Source: Candidatus Methanoperedenaceae archaeon
GTDB lineage: Archaea > Halobacteriota > Methanosarcinia > Methanosarcinales > Methanoperedenaceae
Reading direction: 5' to 3'
Assembly: GCA_963753595.1 (NCBI GenBank)
Contig: CAVWCX010000034.1
Span: 1-64,000, forward strand
Length of the DNA stretch: 64,000 nucleotides
Part shown: in pieces, positions 20,263 to 31,172 of the stretch
How the letters are laid out: each line of letters starts with the position of its first letter
Numbering within the stretch: position 1 is the stretch's first letter
Program-made: the position numbers and the translations under genes
The notes under the pieces: model-generated
Databases searched by the model: none
The model's input: the letters and a program-made list of their open reading frames with translations, nothing else
What the model was told of the DNA's origin: nothing

Positions 20263-20639
20263 TACTTATACCTCGCGATAATTTCTTTCATGGATAATAC
20301 TTTCTTGTCCGTAGGTTCTATCCGGGAAGGTATCCCTTTGAATCCCGGCATCCCGCACCCTTTGGTATCCGGATCGACCACAGAATTTGCCCATGGGCCC
20401 ATGGGGATAAAAGCCACCCCATCAGGATTTCCATTATTCTCTTTCAATTTCACAACCACATCACCGTGAGTTGTTTTAACCAATACGCAGCTTCCCGGGT
20501 TTATTCCCAGGATACCTATATCTTTTTGGTTCAATTCACAATAAGCAGTGGCCTCCTGGTAATCCATCGAGGTCTTATTTTCAATAGTTACTCCCTGATT
20601 TATTGTTCGTCCAGTTATCAGTATTGCATTTAATGCCAT
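20262..20639 (-). CDS. fwdD: Formylmethanofuran dehydrogenase subunit D
   Basis: LITGRTINQG, FIPMGPWAN, GMPGFKG. Confidence 0.96.
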   Translation of the reverse strand: MALNAILITGRTINQGVTIENKTSMDYQEATAYCELNQKDIGILGINPGSCVLVKTTHGDVVVKLKENNGNPDGVAFIPMGPWANSVVDPDTKGCGMPGFKGIPSRIEPTDKKVLSMKEIIARYK

Positions 20640-20906
20640 CTTACACCATCTTTTATTTATTGTTCATAAATTACCTTCATATTTAAAAGTAATTTCTTGA
20701 AATACTATAAGAATAGTTGTGTTTAGTAATATAAAGTTGTCGAAAAAAACCACTATGTGTTGTTATGTTTATACCAACATATCACGTCAAAGATGCGTGG
20801 TTCGTCAATATAGACAGTTCACCCATTGTCCCGCAAGGTTAAGCTTATGAAAATCGCAAATTTGACCGTTTTATTTTTTCATTTCTTAAACCGGAATGGA
20901 CATAAG

Positions 20907-20982
20907 TGATAAGAATATTACTATATTAATAACTGATAAGTATATTACTATATTAATAACAGATAAGTATATTACTATATTA
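20907..20982. repeat. 27-bp tandem triplication in the copA promoter
   Basis: TGATAAGAATATTACTATATTAATAAC, TGATAAGTATATTACTATATTAATAAC, AGATAAGTATATTACTATATTA. Confidence 0.9.
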
Positions 20983-21010
20983 TTGTAAAAGAATAGCAGG
21001 AGATTTTCCC

Positions 21011-23764
21011 TTGGAAGACGTTATAATAAAAATTAAAGGCATGATGTGCGGTCATTGCGAAAAAACCGTGACTGAAGCGGCAAAGAGTGTTAAAGGAGTC
21101 ACAAAAGCCTCATCGGATTTTAAGAAAGGCGAGGCAAAAGTCTCATTTGATACCTCATTGACATCTCTGGAAACTATTAAGAAAGCCATCAGGGATGCAG
21201 GTTATGAGGTCATGGATGAAGATGAAGCCTGCCCGCTGCCAGTAAACCCCGCGATCATTGAACCCAGGGCAAAAGTTGTTGATAAAGTCGGAGAGATAAA
21301 GAAGACACCTATAAAGATCACCGGGATGACATGCGCCTCGTGCGCCCAGAATATTGAAAAAGCCCTCAACAAAATTGATGGCGTCTCAAAAGCTTCTGTT
21401 AACTTCTCTTTCGAAAAAGCTGCGGTGGAATATGATTCTTCAAAGACGAGCATCGCTGACCTTGAAAACACAATAACATCATTGGGTTATGGAGTGGCAA
21501 AGAGTGAAGTAACCCTGAAGGTCGGGATGATGCACTGCGCTTCATGTGCGCTTAATATCGAGACAGCGCTTAAGAAAACCACCGGGATAAAGTCGGTAAA
21601 CGTAAGTTTTCCGCTTGAACGCGCGAAAATTTCATATGACCCTGAAATTATTTCAGTCCAGGAAATTATAAAAGTGATAGAAAGTGTAGGATATACCGCT
21701 TCCCAGAAGTTAGAAAAATCCGATGCCGACAGGGAACAAAGGGCGCGCGAAGAGGAGATCAAGCGTCAAAGGACAAACCTTATAATTGCGCTCGTTTTGG
21801 CGATCCCGATATCTCTTGGCGACATGGGACGAAACCTTGGCTGGGCATTCGTACCTGAATTCCTTAAAAACGATTATTTGCTTTTCGTTCTTGCCACGAT
21901 CGTAATGCTGTTCCCGGGGCGGCAGTTCTTTGAAGGGACTTACAAAGGTCTTAAACACGGCATGACTGACATGAACCTTCTCATAGCAACAGGTACAGGC
22001 GCAGCATATTTAGTAAGCGTTGCAGCTACCTTCCTTGACCTTGGGGAAGCATACAAGCATACATATTATGACACAGCTGCGCTGCTTATTATGTTCATTG
22101 TGCTCGGGCGATACCTTGAGGCGATGACGAAAGGAAAGACATCTGAAGCCATAAGGAAGCTCATGGGACTTGCGGCAAAGACGGCGCGCATAATGGTGAA
22201 CGGCGAGGAGAAAGAGATCCCTGTTGAGGATGTAAAGATCAACGATATCGTGGTCGTAAGACCAGGTGAGAAAATACCCGTTGATGGAAAAGTCGTTAAT
22301 GGTCTAACAGCAGTTGATGAGTCCATGCTTACAGGCGAGAGTATGCCTGTTGAGAAAACTGTGGGCGCAGAAGTTATTGGCGCTACCATGAACAAGACAG
22401 GGATGATAAAATTCACAGCTACGAAAGTTGGTTCTGACACCGCACTTTCGCAGATCATTAAACTTGTAGAAGACGCCCAGACGCAGAAGGCGCCTATCCA
22501 GAAACTTGCAGACATCGTTGCAGGGCATTTCATACTTGCAGTGCATGTACTTGCTTTGCTTACCTTCTTTTTCTGGTTCTTTATAGGATTTGAAAAATTC
22601 AACGTGCCTTCAACATTCGGGATGGGAATGGCATCTCCTTTTCTTTTCTCGCTCCTGATATCAATAACAGTTCTTATCATCTCCTGCCCCTGCGCCGTGG
22701 GACTGGCAACACCCATTGCCATAATGGTAGGAACAGGCAAAGGTGCCGAGAACGGCATTCTCATCAAGGGCGGTGAAGTGCTTGAGAAAGCACAGAAGCT
22801 TGATACTATCGTTTTCGATAAGACCGGGACACTCACAAAAGGTGAACCAGCGCTTACTGATGTGATAGCTGTTAAGGGTTCTGAAAATGAAGTACTGAAA
22901 CTTGCAGCAATAGCAGAAAAGGGGTCTGAACATCCTCTTGGTGAAGCAATACTCAAAGGAGCTAAAGCCAGGGGGATCGATGTACCGGATGCAGAGAGTT
23001 TCAAAGCAATACCAGGCCGCGGAGTAGAAGTAAAATATGGCGGCAGGAGGGTGCTTATAGGAACCCGCAAGCTTATGTCAGAAAACGGTATGGATGTCAC
23101 ACCGCTTATAGGAAAACTGGAAGAACTCGAACAAAATGGAAAGACTGCGATGTTCGTGGCAGAGAATAACGAAATAGCTGGTATCATAGCTGTTGCGGAT
23201 ATCCTTAAGGAAAATTCAAGGGAAGCTGTTGCCAACCTGCATAAAATGGGCTTTTCGGTTGCAATGATAACGGGAGATAACAAAAGGACGGCAGAAGCCA
23301 TAGCAAAACAGGTAGGGATCGACAGGGTATTGTCAGAAGTACTTCCTGAGGATAAGGCTTCTGAAATAAAGAAACTACAGGCCGAGGGGAGGAAAGTAGC
23401 GATGGTAGGGGACGGCATTAACGATGCTCCCGCGCTTAGTCAATCAGATGTAGGCATCGCTATTGGAAGCGGCACTGATGTGGCGATCGAATCCGCTCAG
23501 ATAGTACTTATAAAAAATGACGTGCGGGATGTTGCAAAGGCCATACGGCTGAGCAAATTTACACTCAGTAAGATAAAACAAAACCTTTTCTGGGCTTTCT
23601 TTTATAACTCAGTGGGAATACCCATAGCAATGGGCATACTGTATCCTTTCACCAATCCTCCGTATCTTATCAATCCGGCGCTTGCCGCTGCGGCGATGGC
23701 TGCAAGTTCGGTTACGGTTACATTGAATACTCTCCTCATGAAGCGCATAAAATTACAGGAGTGA
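21011..23764 (+). CDS. copA: Cu(I)-exporting P1B-type ATPase
   Basis: Three MxCxxC HMA domains, TGES, CPC, DKTGT, HP, GDGIND, YN and MAASS Cu(I) signature. Confidence 0.95.
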   Translation: MEDVIIKIKGMMCGHCEKTVTEAAKSVKGVTKASSDFKKGEAKVSFDTSLTSLETIKKAIRDAGYEVMDEDEACPLPVNPAIIEPRAKVVDKVGEIKKTPIKITGMTCASCAQNIEKALNKIDGVSKASVNFSFEKAAVEYDSSKTSIADLENTITSLGYGVAKSEVTLKVGMMHCASCALNIETALKKTTGIKSVNVSFPLERAKISYDPEIISVQEIIKVIESVGYTASQKLEKSDADREQRAREEEIKRQRTNLIIALVLAIPISLGDMGRNLGWAFVPEFLKNDYLLFVLATIVMLFPGRQFFEGTYKGLKHGMTDMNLLIATGTGAAYLVSVAATFLDLGEAYKHTYYDTAALLIMFIVLGRYLEAMTKGKTSEAIRKLMGLAAKTARIMVNGEEKEIPVEDVKINDIVVVRPGEKIPVDGKVVNGLTAVDESMLTGESMPVEKTVGAEVIGATMNKTGMIKFTATKVGSDTALSQIIKLVEDAQTQKAPIQKLADIVAGHFILAVHVLALLTFFFWFFIGFEKFNVPSTFGMGMASPFLFSLLISITVLIISCPCAVGLATPIAIMVGTGKGAENGILIKGGEVLEKAQKLDTIVFDKTGTLTKGEPALTDVIAVKGSENEVLKLAAIAEKGSEHPLGEAILKGAKARGIDVPDAESFKAIPGRGVEVKYGGRRVLIGTRKLMSENGMDVTPLIGKLEELEQNGKTAMFVAENNEIAGIIAVADILKENSREAVANLHKMGFSVAMITGDNKRTAEAIAKQVGIDRVLSEVLPEDKASEIKKLQAEGRKVAMVGDGINDAPALSQSDVGIAIGSGTDVAIESAQIVLIKNDVRDVAKAIRLSKFTLSKIKQNLFWAFFYNSVGIPIAMGILYPFTNPPYLINPALAAAAMAASSVTVTLNTLLMKRIKLQE

Positions 23765-23767
23765 ATT

Positions 23768-23989
23768 ATGGAAAAGAAACTTGGAATTTACAGTCTGGTT
23801 GCAAGTATTGTAACTTCGATCATAATCGTTTTATTTTTCTATATCCTTGCTGCCGGCAAGGTGAGCACAAATCCTGAAATGTATAAATCAATAGATGTGT
23901 ATGCAGGAATGGCGTATGTATTTGTGCTTTCTATGATCGTGTCGGCATCGATCTGGCCGGGGATCATTGAGAAAAAGCTGAAGGGATAA
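23768..23989 (+). CDS. Small two-TM membrane protein
   Basis: Coupled to copA; two hydrophobic segments. Confidence 0.75.
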   Translation: MEKKLGIYSLVASIVTSIIIVLFFYILAAGKVSTNPEMYKSIDVYAGMAYVFVLSMIVSASIWPGIIEKKLKG

Positions 23990-24013
23990 ATAGGAAATAA
24001 TTTATTAAGACAA

Positions 24014-24745
24014 ATGGAACCTTCAAATATTTCAATAATACTGGTTTTTATAGCAGGGGTAGTTACAATAATGAAACCGTGCTGCCTCCCGCTTGTACCT
24101 ATAATATTTTCAGGTTCCGGAGGCCATAAGTTTCGGCCTCTTGCCATTGTTTCAGGGTTAACGGTCAGCTTTACAACTATGGGTGTGCTGGTATCTGCTT
24201 TTGGCGCTACATTTGGAGCATATACAGATTATTTACGCAACATTGCGATCCTGTTCATAATAACCATGGGTGTTGTGCTTTTTGATGCAGATGTGAATAT
24301 GGAGTTCATGAAGTTATCAGGTTCAATAACACAGGGTTTAAGACAAAATTTTGGGTTCTTAAATAAGTTCTCTTCCAAACTCCCTCAAGGAAGCCTGATA
24401 AGCGGGTTTTTCCTGGGCATGTCACTTGGTATTCTCTGGATCCCCTGTGTTGGTCCTGTCCTTGGCGCTGTGCTTGCATTAGTCGCATCGGCAGGGGATG
24501 TGACTTACGGTGCATGGATGCTGTTCGTTTATTCCATAGGCATGAGTCTGCCAATGCTTACAATTGCATATTACGGCAAGAAGTTCACGAATCGATATAC
24601 ATGGTTTTCAAGGAACGGGGAGCTTCTTAAAAAGTTGTCCGGTCTTGTGCTTATAGTGGCTGGAATATTGCTTCTTTTTGGCATAGATAAACTCTTTATC
24701 AGATTGGTCTCCCCTTATTTCCCTACGACTTTTTATGGAATTTAA
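24014..24745 (+). CDS. ccdA: CcdA/DsbD-type thiol-disulfide transporter
   Basis: KPCCLPLVP and WIPCVGPVL, six TM segments. Confidence 0.9.
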   Translation: MEPSNISIILVFIAGVVTIMKPCCLPLVPIIFSGSGGHKFRPLAIVSGLTVSFTTMGVLVSAFGATFGAYTDYLRNIAILFIITMGVVLFDADVNMEFMKLSGSITQGLRQNFGFLNKFSSKLPQGSLISGFFLGMSLGILWIPCVGPVLGAVLALVASAGDVTYGAWMLFVYSIGMSLPMLTIAYYGKKFTNRYTWFSRNGELLKKLSGLVLIVAGILLLFGIDKLFIRLVSPYFPTTFYGI

Positions 24746-24812
24746 GATATTTCGTATAATTAGCGGGAAAATAACTTATCCAATTTGCGCCATCTTATTT
24801 TTCAGTAAGCAT

Positions 24813-24911
24813 TTAATCATTTAGCAGCAATAAAGAGGCAATACCCATTATTGCGATAAATATGAATATGAATAAAAATACCTTCATCATTTCATTATTT
24901 TTATCTTGCAT
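24813..24911 (-). CDS. Possible 32-aa single-TM peptide
   Basis: Manual translation MQDKNNEMMKVFLFIFIFIAIMGIASLLLLND; fills an intergenic gap; could be spurious. Confidence 0.3.
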   Translation of the reverse strand: MQDKNNEMMKVFLFIFIFIAIMGIASLLLLND

Positions 24912-25013
24912 TGTAAATCGCTTCTCTAAATTATCAAATTAGTTTAAGCGGTTTTTGGTTTAAATTTTGGATATTTTTAGCGTTTTTGAAGCATCTATCT
25001 TAGAGATCATATA

Positions 25014-25850
25014 TTATTTGGTTTTATTCAATAACATCATAAAACCAAAAGCTATCAGTAAAAATATTATCCAGCCCAACCATACATGAACAAACATCAT
25101 TTTTTCTATCCCATAAAAGTAGCCCACATTGTAGAGAACTGCTACCCTTACCAGATTGGATATATATGCAACAAATGCCGCCAGAACAATCAATAATATT
25201 ATCCTGCGTTTATCTTTGAGATTTTCCATCCTGGAATATCCCACAATTATTCCAATAAGCAGGAACATGGAATAAAGACCTGAGCAGGGGCCTCCAACAA
25301 CGACAGTCACATCTTCAAAACCTTTGAAATGGACAGTCTCAGTTGAAATTATATGTACGTCCATATTTGAAAATAAATTCGCTATCGCAAGAGAAGGAAG
25401 CAATACAAAATAATGGTCAAAATCGTGAATGAAATTATTGTTCAGCGAGGGAAGAATCGAATAGAATAACAGGAACAACACAATGAATGTCCCGGACATG
25501 TATATACCGAATTCACCCATCCGCCTGTATTGGTTTGTGCCGTATGCTATAAAAGATGCACCCATGAAAAAGGCCATCGAGTCAAGAGTACCAAGCTGGT
25601 TCATTGCTTTAAGGTTGTATACAACATCTGCGAGCACAATAAATACACCCAGTACAATAAAAATTTTTGAGCTTTTTGTAATATATGTGCCACTGAGCCG
25701 TATTTTAGTAGTGAGAGCAAGGGATATCAGGAACAATATAATTCCGACATACACGGAACCTTCGCTTAATTGGATGGTCGCACCCGTGAAAAAAGCCATT
25801 ACAAGTAAAAAAAATAAAACATTATGTTTTTGATCATCCGTAATGTTCAT
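25014..25850 (-). CDS. Archaeosortase (probably ArtC type)
   Basis: Catalytic GGPCSG, NLVRVAVL and HVWLGW in a multi-TM protein. Confidence 0.88.
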   Translation of the reverse strand: MNITDDQKHNVLFFLLVMAFFTGATIQLSEGSVYVGIILFLISLALTTKIRLSGTYITKSSKIFIVLGVFIVLADVVYNLKAMNQLGTLDSMAFFMGASFIAYGTNQYRRMGEFGIYMSGTFIVLFLLFYSILPSLNNNFIHDFDHYFVLLPSLAIANLFSNMDVHIISTETVHFKGFEDVTVVVGGPCSGLYSMFLLIGIIVGYSRMENLKDKRRIILLIVLAAFVAYISNLVRVAVLYNVGYFYGIEKMMFVHVWLGWIIFLLIAFGFMMLLNKTK

Positions 25851-25975
25851 ATCAGGTATAGGTTCAATAGCTTTTTATATACTTTGTGCTTTAATAAATT
25901 CAAAAATTTTTCAACTTTTTTTAATTTTGTAAATGGAAATTGATATAGCATAGAAGCCCTGACAAGATATTTAAC

Positions 25976-26671
25976 ATGTTAAGAAAAATACTTTTTTTAT
26001 TGACATCAATAGCATTGATCGTTTCAACTTATATGATATTCTTCCTTGCGCCCATCCCCGTTAATCCGATGGAGGCTGTGGGGGAACCCGAAAATTTTAA
26101 AATATTTTACTTTCATGTTCCAATAGCAGCCACAGCATATCTGGCTTTCACAATTGTGTTTATTTCCAGTATAATGCACCTGAGGACAAAGAAAGAAAAA
26201 TGGGATATAATAGCAGTTTCAGCATCAGAAATCGGAGTGATATTCGCTTTCCTTACTCTTATCACAGGCTCAATATGGGCAAAATCAGCCTGGGGTGAGT
26301 ACTGGGTATCGTGGGATGTCAGGTTAAATACATCTCTGGTCCTTTTCTTGATCTATATATCTTATCTTATGGTGAGAAAATCCATAGATGAACCTGAGAA
26401 ACGCGCAAGGCTTTCAGCAGTTTTTGGCATTTTTGGCTTCATAAGTGTACCTTTGAGTTTCCTTTCCATCAGGTTGTGGAACAGGGCTACCGTTCATCCG
26501 GTTGTTATTGGTCCGGGAGGAGGAGGGATCACCGGAGATACCGTTATTGGTACGGTCATTATGAACATTATTGCATTCTTCCTTCTCCTGGTATCCCTGA
26601 TAATTTTACGCATGGAAAATGAGAAACTGGCTGGAGAGATAGTTTCTATCAAACGTCAGAAAAATTTATGA
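25976..26671 (+). CDS. ccmC: Cytochrome c biogenesis protein CcmC
   Basis: IFYFHVPIA, GSIWAKSAWGEYWVSWDVRL (WWD-type domain), conserved HP. Confidence 0.92.
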   Translation: MLRKILFLLTSIALIVSTYMIFFLAPIPVNPMEAVGEPENFKIFYFHVPIAATAYLAFTIVFISSIMHLRTKKEKWDIIAVSASEIGVIFAFLTLITGSIWAKSAWGEYWVSWDVRLNTSLVLFLIYISYLMVRKSIDEPEKRARLSAVFGIFGFISVPLSFLSIRLWNRATVHPVVIGPGGGGITGDTVIGTVIMNIIAFFLLLVSLIILRMENEKLAGEIVSIKRQKNL

Positions 26672-26731
26672 AGTGTTATAATCCACCTTTGAGAAGTCAT
26701 TTTTTTAAAAAATTACCGTAAAGTACTTATG

Positions 26732-26748
26732 TTTACACTGTATGTAAA
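26732..26748. promoter_or_regulatory. TTTAC-N7-GTAAA operator upstream of Lrp-TRASH regulator
   Basis: TTTACACTGTATGTAAA immediately before the start codon. Confidence 0.7.
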
Positions 26749-26755
26749 TTAACAT

Positions 26756-27358
26756 ATGATAGAACTTGACAATCTCGATGTAAAGATATTGGCACATCTG
26801 CAGATCAACAGCAGGGAATCATTCCAGGAAATAGCAAAGTGCTGCCTGACAAGCGTCCCCACGGTCAAGAGCCGTGTTGACAGGATGCTTGAACTTGGAA
26901 TTATCAGTAAATTCACCATTGATATCGATAACAGTAAGCTGGGGATAACCGAAGCAATACTGCTTATAAATGCAAAGCCAGGGGCTATCAGCAGGATAAC
27001 TGAAGAGCTTCATGGCCTTGAAGAGGTTAAGGAACTGTATGTAACCTCTGATTCTGACACAGGGATCGTATCAAGAGTAGCAGGGGATATGCGGCGGATT
27101 CTTGCGATACAGGAGAAAATAAATCTCACGGATGTGAATAACATCCGCATATTATCAGTAAAAAATGCATTCACAAAGGATTCAACTATTCCGCTTGCTT
27201 CTTCCAGCATAACCCTGACATGTTCATATTGCGATAAGAAAGTAGCAGGAGACGCTGTAAAAAAGAAATTTGACGACAAAGACTATTTCTTTTGCTGCAC
27301 CACGTGCCAGGGTGAGTTTGAAAAGAAATACACTAAACTTAGTGCGAACGCCAAATAA
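26756..27358 (+). CDS. Lrp/AsnC regulator with C-terminal TRASH domain (CopR/CopT-like)
   Basis: N-terminal Lrp HTH; CSYC...YFFCCTTC TRASH motif. Confidence 0.9.
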   Translation: MIELDNLDVKILAHLQINSRESFQEIAKCCLTSVPTVKSRVDRMLELGIISKFTIDIDNSKLGITEAILLINAKPGAISRITEELHGLEEVKELYVTSDSDTGIVSRVAGDMRRILAIQEKINLTDVNNIRILSVKNAFTKDSTIPLASSSITLTCSYCDKKVAGDAVKKKFDDKDYFFCCTTCQGEFEKKYTKLSANAK

Positions 27359-27550
27359 GCGAAAGTGATGTCATTGAAAGCATAAAGAAGATTGCTTTAA
27401 AAAGTTAAACAATATTTACTGATTTTTTACTTTTGATAGCATTTGCTTGTATTTACAAATAATAAAGTTGAGGGCATTTTTATTTTAATTTTATAAAGCG
27501 CAACTCACATGAAAAGTAGAATCTATTTTAATTATCACAGAGATGTTCTA

Positions 27551-27784
27551 ATGGAGATAACCCCGGATGCACTGCTGGATGTAAGAGGTGAAGCATGCCC
27601 CTATCCCTTCATAAGGACAAAATGGCTTATGGAGCAGATTGCCAGCGGTGAGGTAATAAAGGTAGTTGCAAATGATCATGATGCACTCGATAATATAGAA
27701 GCATGGACTAAGATATCCGGGGACAGGATCCTGAGGATAGAAAATGAAGGAGATAGTTGCATAATCTATGTAAAGAAGAAGTGA
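27551..27784 (+). CDS. TusA-family sulfur carrier
   Basis: LDVRGEACPYP motif; start moved to ATG 27551. Confidence 0.9.
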   Translation: MEITPDALLDVRGEACPYPFIRTKWLMEQIASGEVIKVVANDHDALDNIEAWTKISGDRILRIENEGDSCIIYVKKK

Positions 27785-27823
27785 TAAAATAATAGCAGGT
27801 AACCGACCTGGTGATATTGGCAT

Positions 27824-29254
27824 TTGGAAAAACCGATGACAAAAGAAAAACGTAATTCATTGATACTTATAATAATATTTGTTATCCTGAATATTAATTT
27901 ACCTGGAAGTGCGTTTTCATCTGAAAAAAAGAACAATTCTCTCCAGTGGTTCCCTTCTTTAGCTGCTGATAATGGCACAGTATATGTTGCCTGGGCCGAC
28001 GAGAGGAACGGGAATTATACAAGGATAATGAATGAACAGCCTCACAAATCCGGGGATATATTCATTTCAAAAGGAAATTTCCAGGATGGCTGGATTTTCG
28101 ACAAAAATATCAGGATTAATGAAATCAAGGGAACTACAGGACATGGCTCTCCTTCGATAGCATTTGATAACAATAACCTCTATGTGGTATGGGAAGATGA
28201 CAGATTCGGGGTCGAAGAACTCTATTTTTCAACGGCTGAAAAAAATAATATCCAGTTCAAAAAAGATTTACCGGTTGTAGCAGAGATGGGAAGCCAGGTG
28301 CTGCCGTCTGTTTCGGTTATGAATGGAACTGTATACATAGCGATGATGAATAAAAAGAACTGGGATATTGATTTCACTGAAGGAGATCCTGTTAATGGTG
28401 TTTACAGGTTCGGGAAGCCTGTACGGGTCAACGATGACTCTTCAGGCAACTGGCATTATGCCCCATCGCTTGCCGTTGATGATGAAAAAAATATATGTAT
28501 GGCATGGCTGGATGCGAGAAATAGTAATTATGATATTTATTTTTCACATGGAATAAAGGAAAATGGAATCTGGCGATTTAGCGAGAATGTAAGGGTAAAT
28601 GACGATTCCACAAATGCTTCCCAGTATACTCCTTCGCTGTTATTTGAGAATGGAAGTGTGTATATCGCCTGGTATGATGACAGGAATAAAGATTTTGATA
28701 TATTCTTCTCGGCAGGCAGGTTAGTGAACAACAGCTGGAAATTTGATAAAAACATACGGATAAATGACGATACAGGAAATAAAGATCAAATGCATCCCTC
28801 AATTGCAGTCAGGAACGGGGAGATTTTTGCTGTCTGGGAGGATGAAAGAGAAGGCGTATCAAATATTTATTTCTCAAAAAGCATCAAAAGGAATGACAGC
28901 CCCGGGTTTGATAAGAACATTAAGGTAAACGATATCAGCGGCAATCATTACGATCCGCAGATAGAGATATCGCAGGACAATATCTACACTGTATGGCAGT
29001 CGGAAAAGACCCTGTATGACAACCCTGTATCCGGGGAATATGGGACTGACAGCGGAGACATATATTTTTCACATGGAATATACAACGGTGAGTACTGGGA
29101 ATTCAGCAGGAGTATAAAAGTAAATGACGATTTAACAGACTCTTTCACGAAACCAGATCCATTATTTTTGGTTTTAGTGCCTGGCTCTGTTATCTTTTCC
29201 ATAGTACTTGTGAGTTTTTTGAGAGGAAAAATGAGAAATGAAAAGCGAAGATAA
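27824..29254 (+). CDS. Secreted, C-terminally anchored seven-repeat beta-propeller protein
   Basis: Signal peptide; seven PS(L/I)A...YxxWxDxR...IYFS...(I/V)ND repeats; C-terminal TM and basic tail. Confidence 0.8.
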   Translation: MEKPMTKEKRNSLILIIIFVILNINLPGSAFSSEKKNNSLQWFPSLAADNGTVYVAWADERNGNYTRIMNEQPHKSGDIFISKGNFQDGWIFDKNIRINEIKGTTGHGSPSIAFDNNNLYVVWEDDRFGVEELYFSTAEKNNIQFKKDLPVVAEMGSQVLPSVSVMNGTVYIAMMNKKNWDIDFTEGDPVNGVYRFGKPVRVNDDSSGNWHYAPSLAVDDEKNICMAWLDARNSNYDIYFSHGIKENGIWRFSENVRVNDDSTNASQYTPSLLFENGSVYIAWYDDRNKDFDIFFSAGRLVNNSWKFDKNIRINDDTGNKDQMHPSIAVRNGEIFAVWEDEREGVSNIYFSKSIKRNDSPGFDKNIKVNDISGNHYDPQIEISQDNIYTVWQSEKTLYDNPVSGEYGTDSGDIYFSHGIYNGEYWEFSRSIKVNDDLTDSFTKPDPLFLVLVPGSVIFSIVLVSFLRGKMRNEKRR

Positions 29255-30677
29255 ACCAGAAAGATACGACCTGCTCGATAATGAATCAATAAGATCAATA
29301 TTCAAAAACCGCAAAACCCGGTTTCTATTCCAGCTGCCGGCAGTTTTGCTTCTGGTTCTGGTCGTATTTGCAGGCTTTTTCGGAATCCAGAACAGCAATA
29401 AGAGCCTGGCAACCATTTCAATCTGGGTTATCTGGTGGTCGCTTCTCATAATAAGCCTGGCTCTGTTTGGGAGGATCTGGTGCTTTATTTGCCCTTTTGG
29501 GGCTATCGGAGACTGGGTACAGCGCCGCACTTTTTATAAGAGGGTAGATGCTGCATTCAGTTTAAACAAGAGGTGGCCTATAAAATTCAGAAACCTTTCC
29601 CTGGCTGCTATATTTTTTCTTGTGATCACATGGGCTGATTTCCAGTTCAATCTGGTGAACAGCCCCCTATTCACCGCGTACTTTATTGTTGCTTTACTCG
29701 GTCTTATAGTAATAATATCTATCATCTTCGAGCGCCGTTCTTTTTGCAGGTATTTATGCCCGATAACAGGATTGATAGGCCTGTATTCGATGTTCGCTCC
29801 TTTTGAATTGAGGGTAAAAGAAAAAGAAACCTGTAAGGCCTGCAAAGAAAAATACTGCATATCGGGGAATGAAAATGGGTATGCATGCCCGGTATTTGAG
29901 TACCCGGGCACAATGGAGAAAAACACTCACTGCATTCTCTGTATGGAATGTATAAAAACCTGTCACTGTTACGTCAAAAAAGAAGGGTTAATAGCGGTTT
30001 CATCAAACAGAAATAATATTTCGTTTAATATTCGTTCCTTTGCAGGAGATTTTTTGATTTTAACAAGAGCAAGGACTGACGAAGCACTTTTTATCCTGAT
30101 ACTGCTTGGAGTAACTATCTTCCAGACATTAATAATGATAAGACCATGGACGGGTTTCACCCGGGATTTAATGATTTATACTGGCGCCAGTTACGATTCT
30201 ATTCGATTTATCTTATTTATTACAGCAGCGATTCTTCCTGTTCTGATTTATTCAACAGCTATCGCGATTTCAAAATTGTTCAATCAGAAAATAATTTTTA
30301 AAGACCTTTTCACGAGCTTTACTTACTCCATCATTCCTCTGGGATTGATGATGCATCTATCCCATAATATCCGCCATCTGCTGGAAGAAGGCGCAGGGAT
30401 AATTCCTGTTCTTTCAGACCCTTTTGGATTTGGGTGGGATTTATTCGGGACTTCCAGGCATATGCCGGCCCCGCTTCTTGATAGTAATAACATTCTCCTC
30501 ATCCAGCTGCTGATGATGTTGATCGGGTTGGTATTTTCAGTATCGGTTGGCAAGAACATTTCAAAACGGATGTTCCGTGGAAATGACTCTACTTATATCC
30601 CTGTACTAATATTTGTTTTAATCTTTTTCGTGTTTAATCTGTGGGTACTCGGGCAGCCGATAATGCATAAACATTAA
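29238..30677 (+). CDS. Membrane 4Fe-4S binding protein (NapH/YccM-like)
   Basis: GRIWCFICP, RSFCRYLCP, CKAC...C, CILCMECIKTC; many TM segments. Confidence 0.88.
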   Translation: MKSEDKPERYDLLDNESIRSIFKNRKTRFLFQLPAVLLLVLVVFAGFFGIQNSNKSLATISIWVIWWSLLIISLALFGRIWCFICPFGAIGDWVQRRTFYKRVDAAFSLNKRWPIKFRNLSLAAIFFLVITWADFQFNLVNSPLFTAYFIVALLGLIVIISIIFERRSFCRYLCPITGLIGLYSMFAPFELRVKEKETCKACKEKYCISGNENGYACPVFEYPGTMEKNTHCILCMECIKTCHCYVKKEGLIAVSSNRNNISFNIRSFAGDFLILTRARTDEALFILILLGVTIFQTLIMIRPWTGFTRDLMIYTGASYDSIRFILFITAAILPVLIYSTAIAISKLFNQKIIFKDLFTSFTYSIIPLGLMMHLSHNIRHLLEEGAGIIPVLSDPFGFGWDLFGTSRHMPAPLLDSNNILLIQLLMMLIGLVFSVSVGKNISKRMFRGNDSTYIPVLIFVLIFFVFNLWVLGQPIMHKH

Positions 30678-30816
30678 AATTGTAGGATTACTCTCATGGT
30701 TACACATTTGTCCCATCCTCCTTCGCATCTGCAATGTGAGGGATGAATTGCCCTTATAAAGAGCCGCAGGGTCAAAGCATTTCCAGTGCAGCCAAAACTT
30801 ATTTATAACAGAACGT

Positions 30817-30832
30817 ATGAACATATATACAT
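30817..30832. promoter_or_regulatory. Putative ArsR/SmtB operator
   Basis: ATGAACATATATACAT abutting the ArsR start; 14/16 match to the palindrome at 34041. Confidence 0.6.
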
Positions 30833-31171
30833 ATGTTACATGGAGATTTAACTACAGCAAAAAAGTATTTCTTCAGCGCTTTGAGCGATGAAACCAGGCT
30901 TTCAATACTCTATGCATTGAAAGAGAACGGCGGAATGTGCGTAAATGATATCTGCGAGGCGACAGGAAAAGACCAGAGCCTTATATCACACCACATGTCA
31001 TGCTTACGGAACTGCGGGCTTGTTAACACCGAGAAAGATGGAAAATTTGTAGTTTACTCGATAAAGAACGAACTTATCTCACAAATTCTTGATCTCTCGG
31101 ATAAGCATGTGAAGGAAATGTTTGAAGGAATTCTTTCTTGCGAGGTTGTAAAAAACAAAAGGATGAGTTAA
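30833..31171 (+). CDS. ArsR/SmtB metalloregulator
   Basis: FSALSDETRLSIL, CVNDIC...QSLISHHMSCLRNCGLV. Confidence 0.93.
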   Translation: MLHGDLTTAKKYFFSALSDETRLSILYALKENGGMCVNDICEATGKDQSLISHHMSCLRNCGLVNTEKDGKFVVYSIKNELISQILDLSDKHVKEMFEGILSCEVVKNKRMS

Positions 31172-31172
31172 A

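Noticed and set aside
20907-20982. Possible CRISPR array
   Set aside because: Repeats are contiguous with no spacers; no cas genes in the window
30618-30824. Minus-strand 68-aa ORF
   Set aside because: No motif; overlaps the neighbouring gene end and the ArsR promoter
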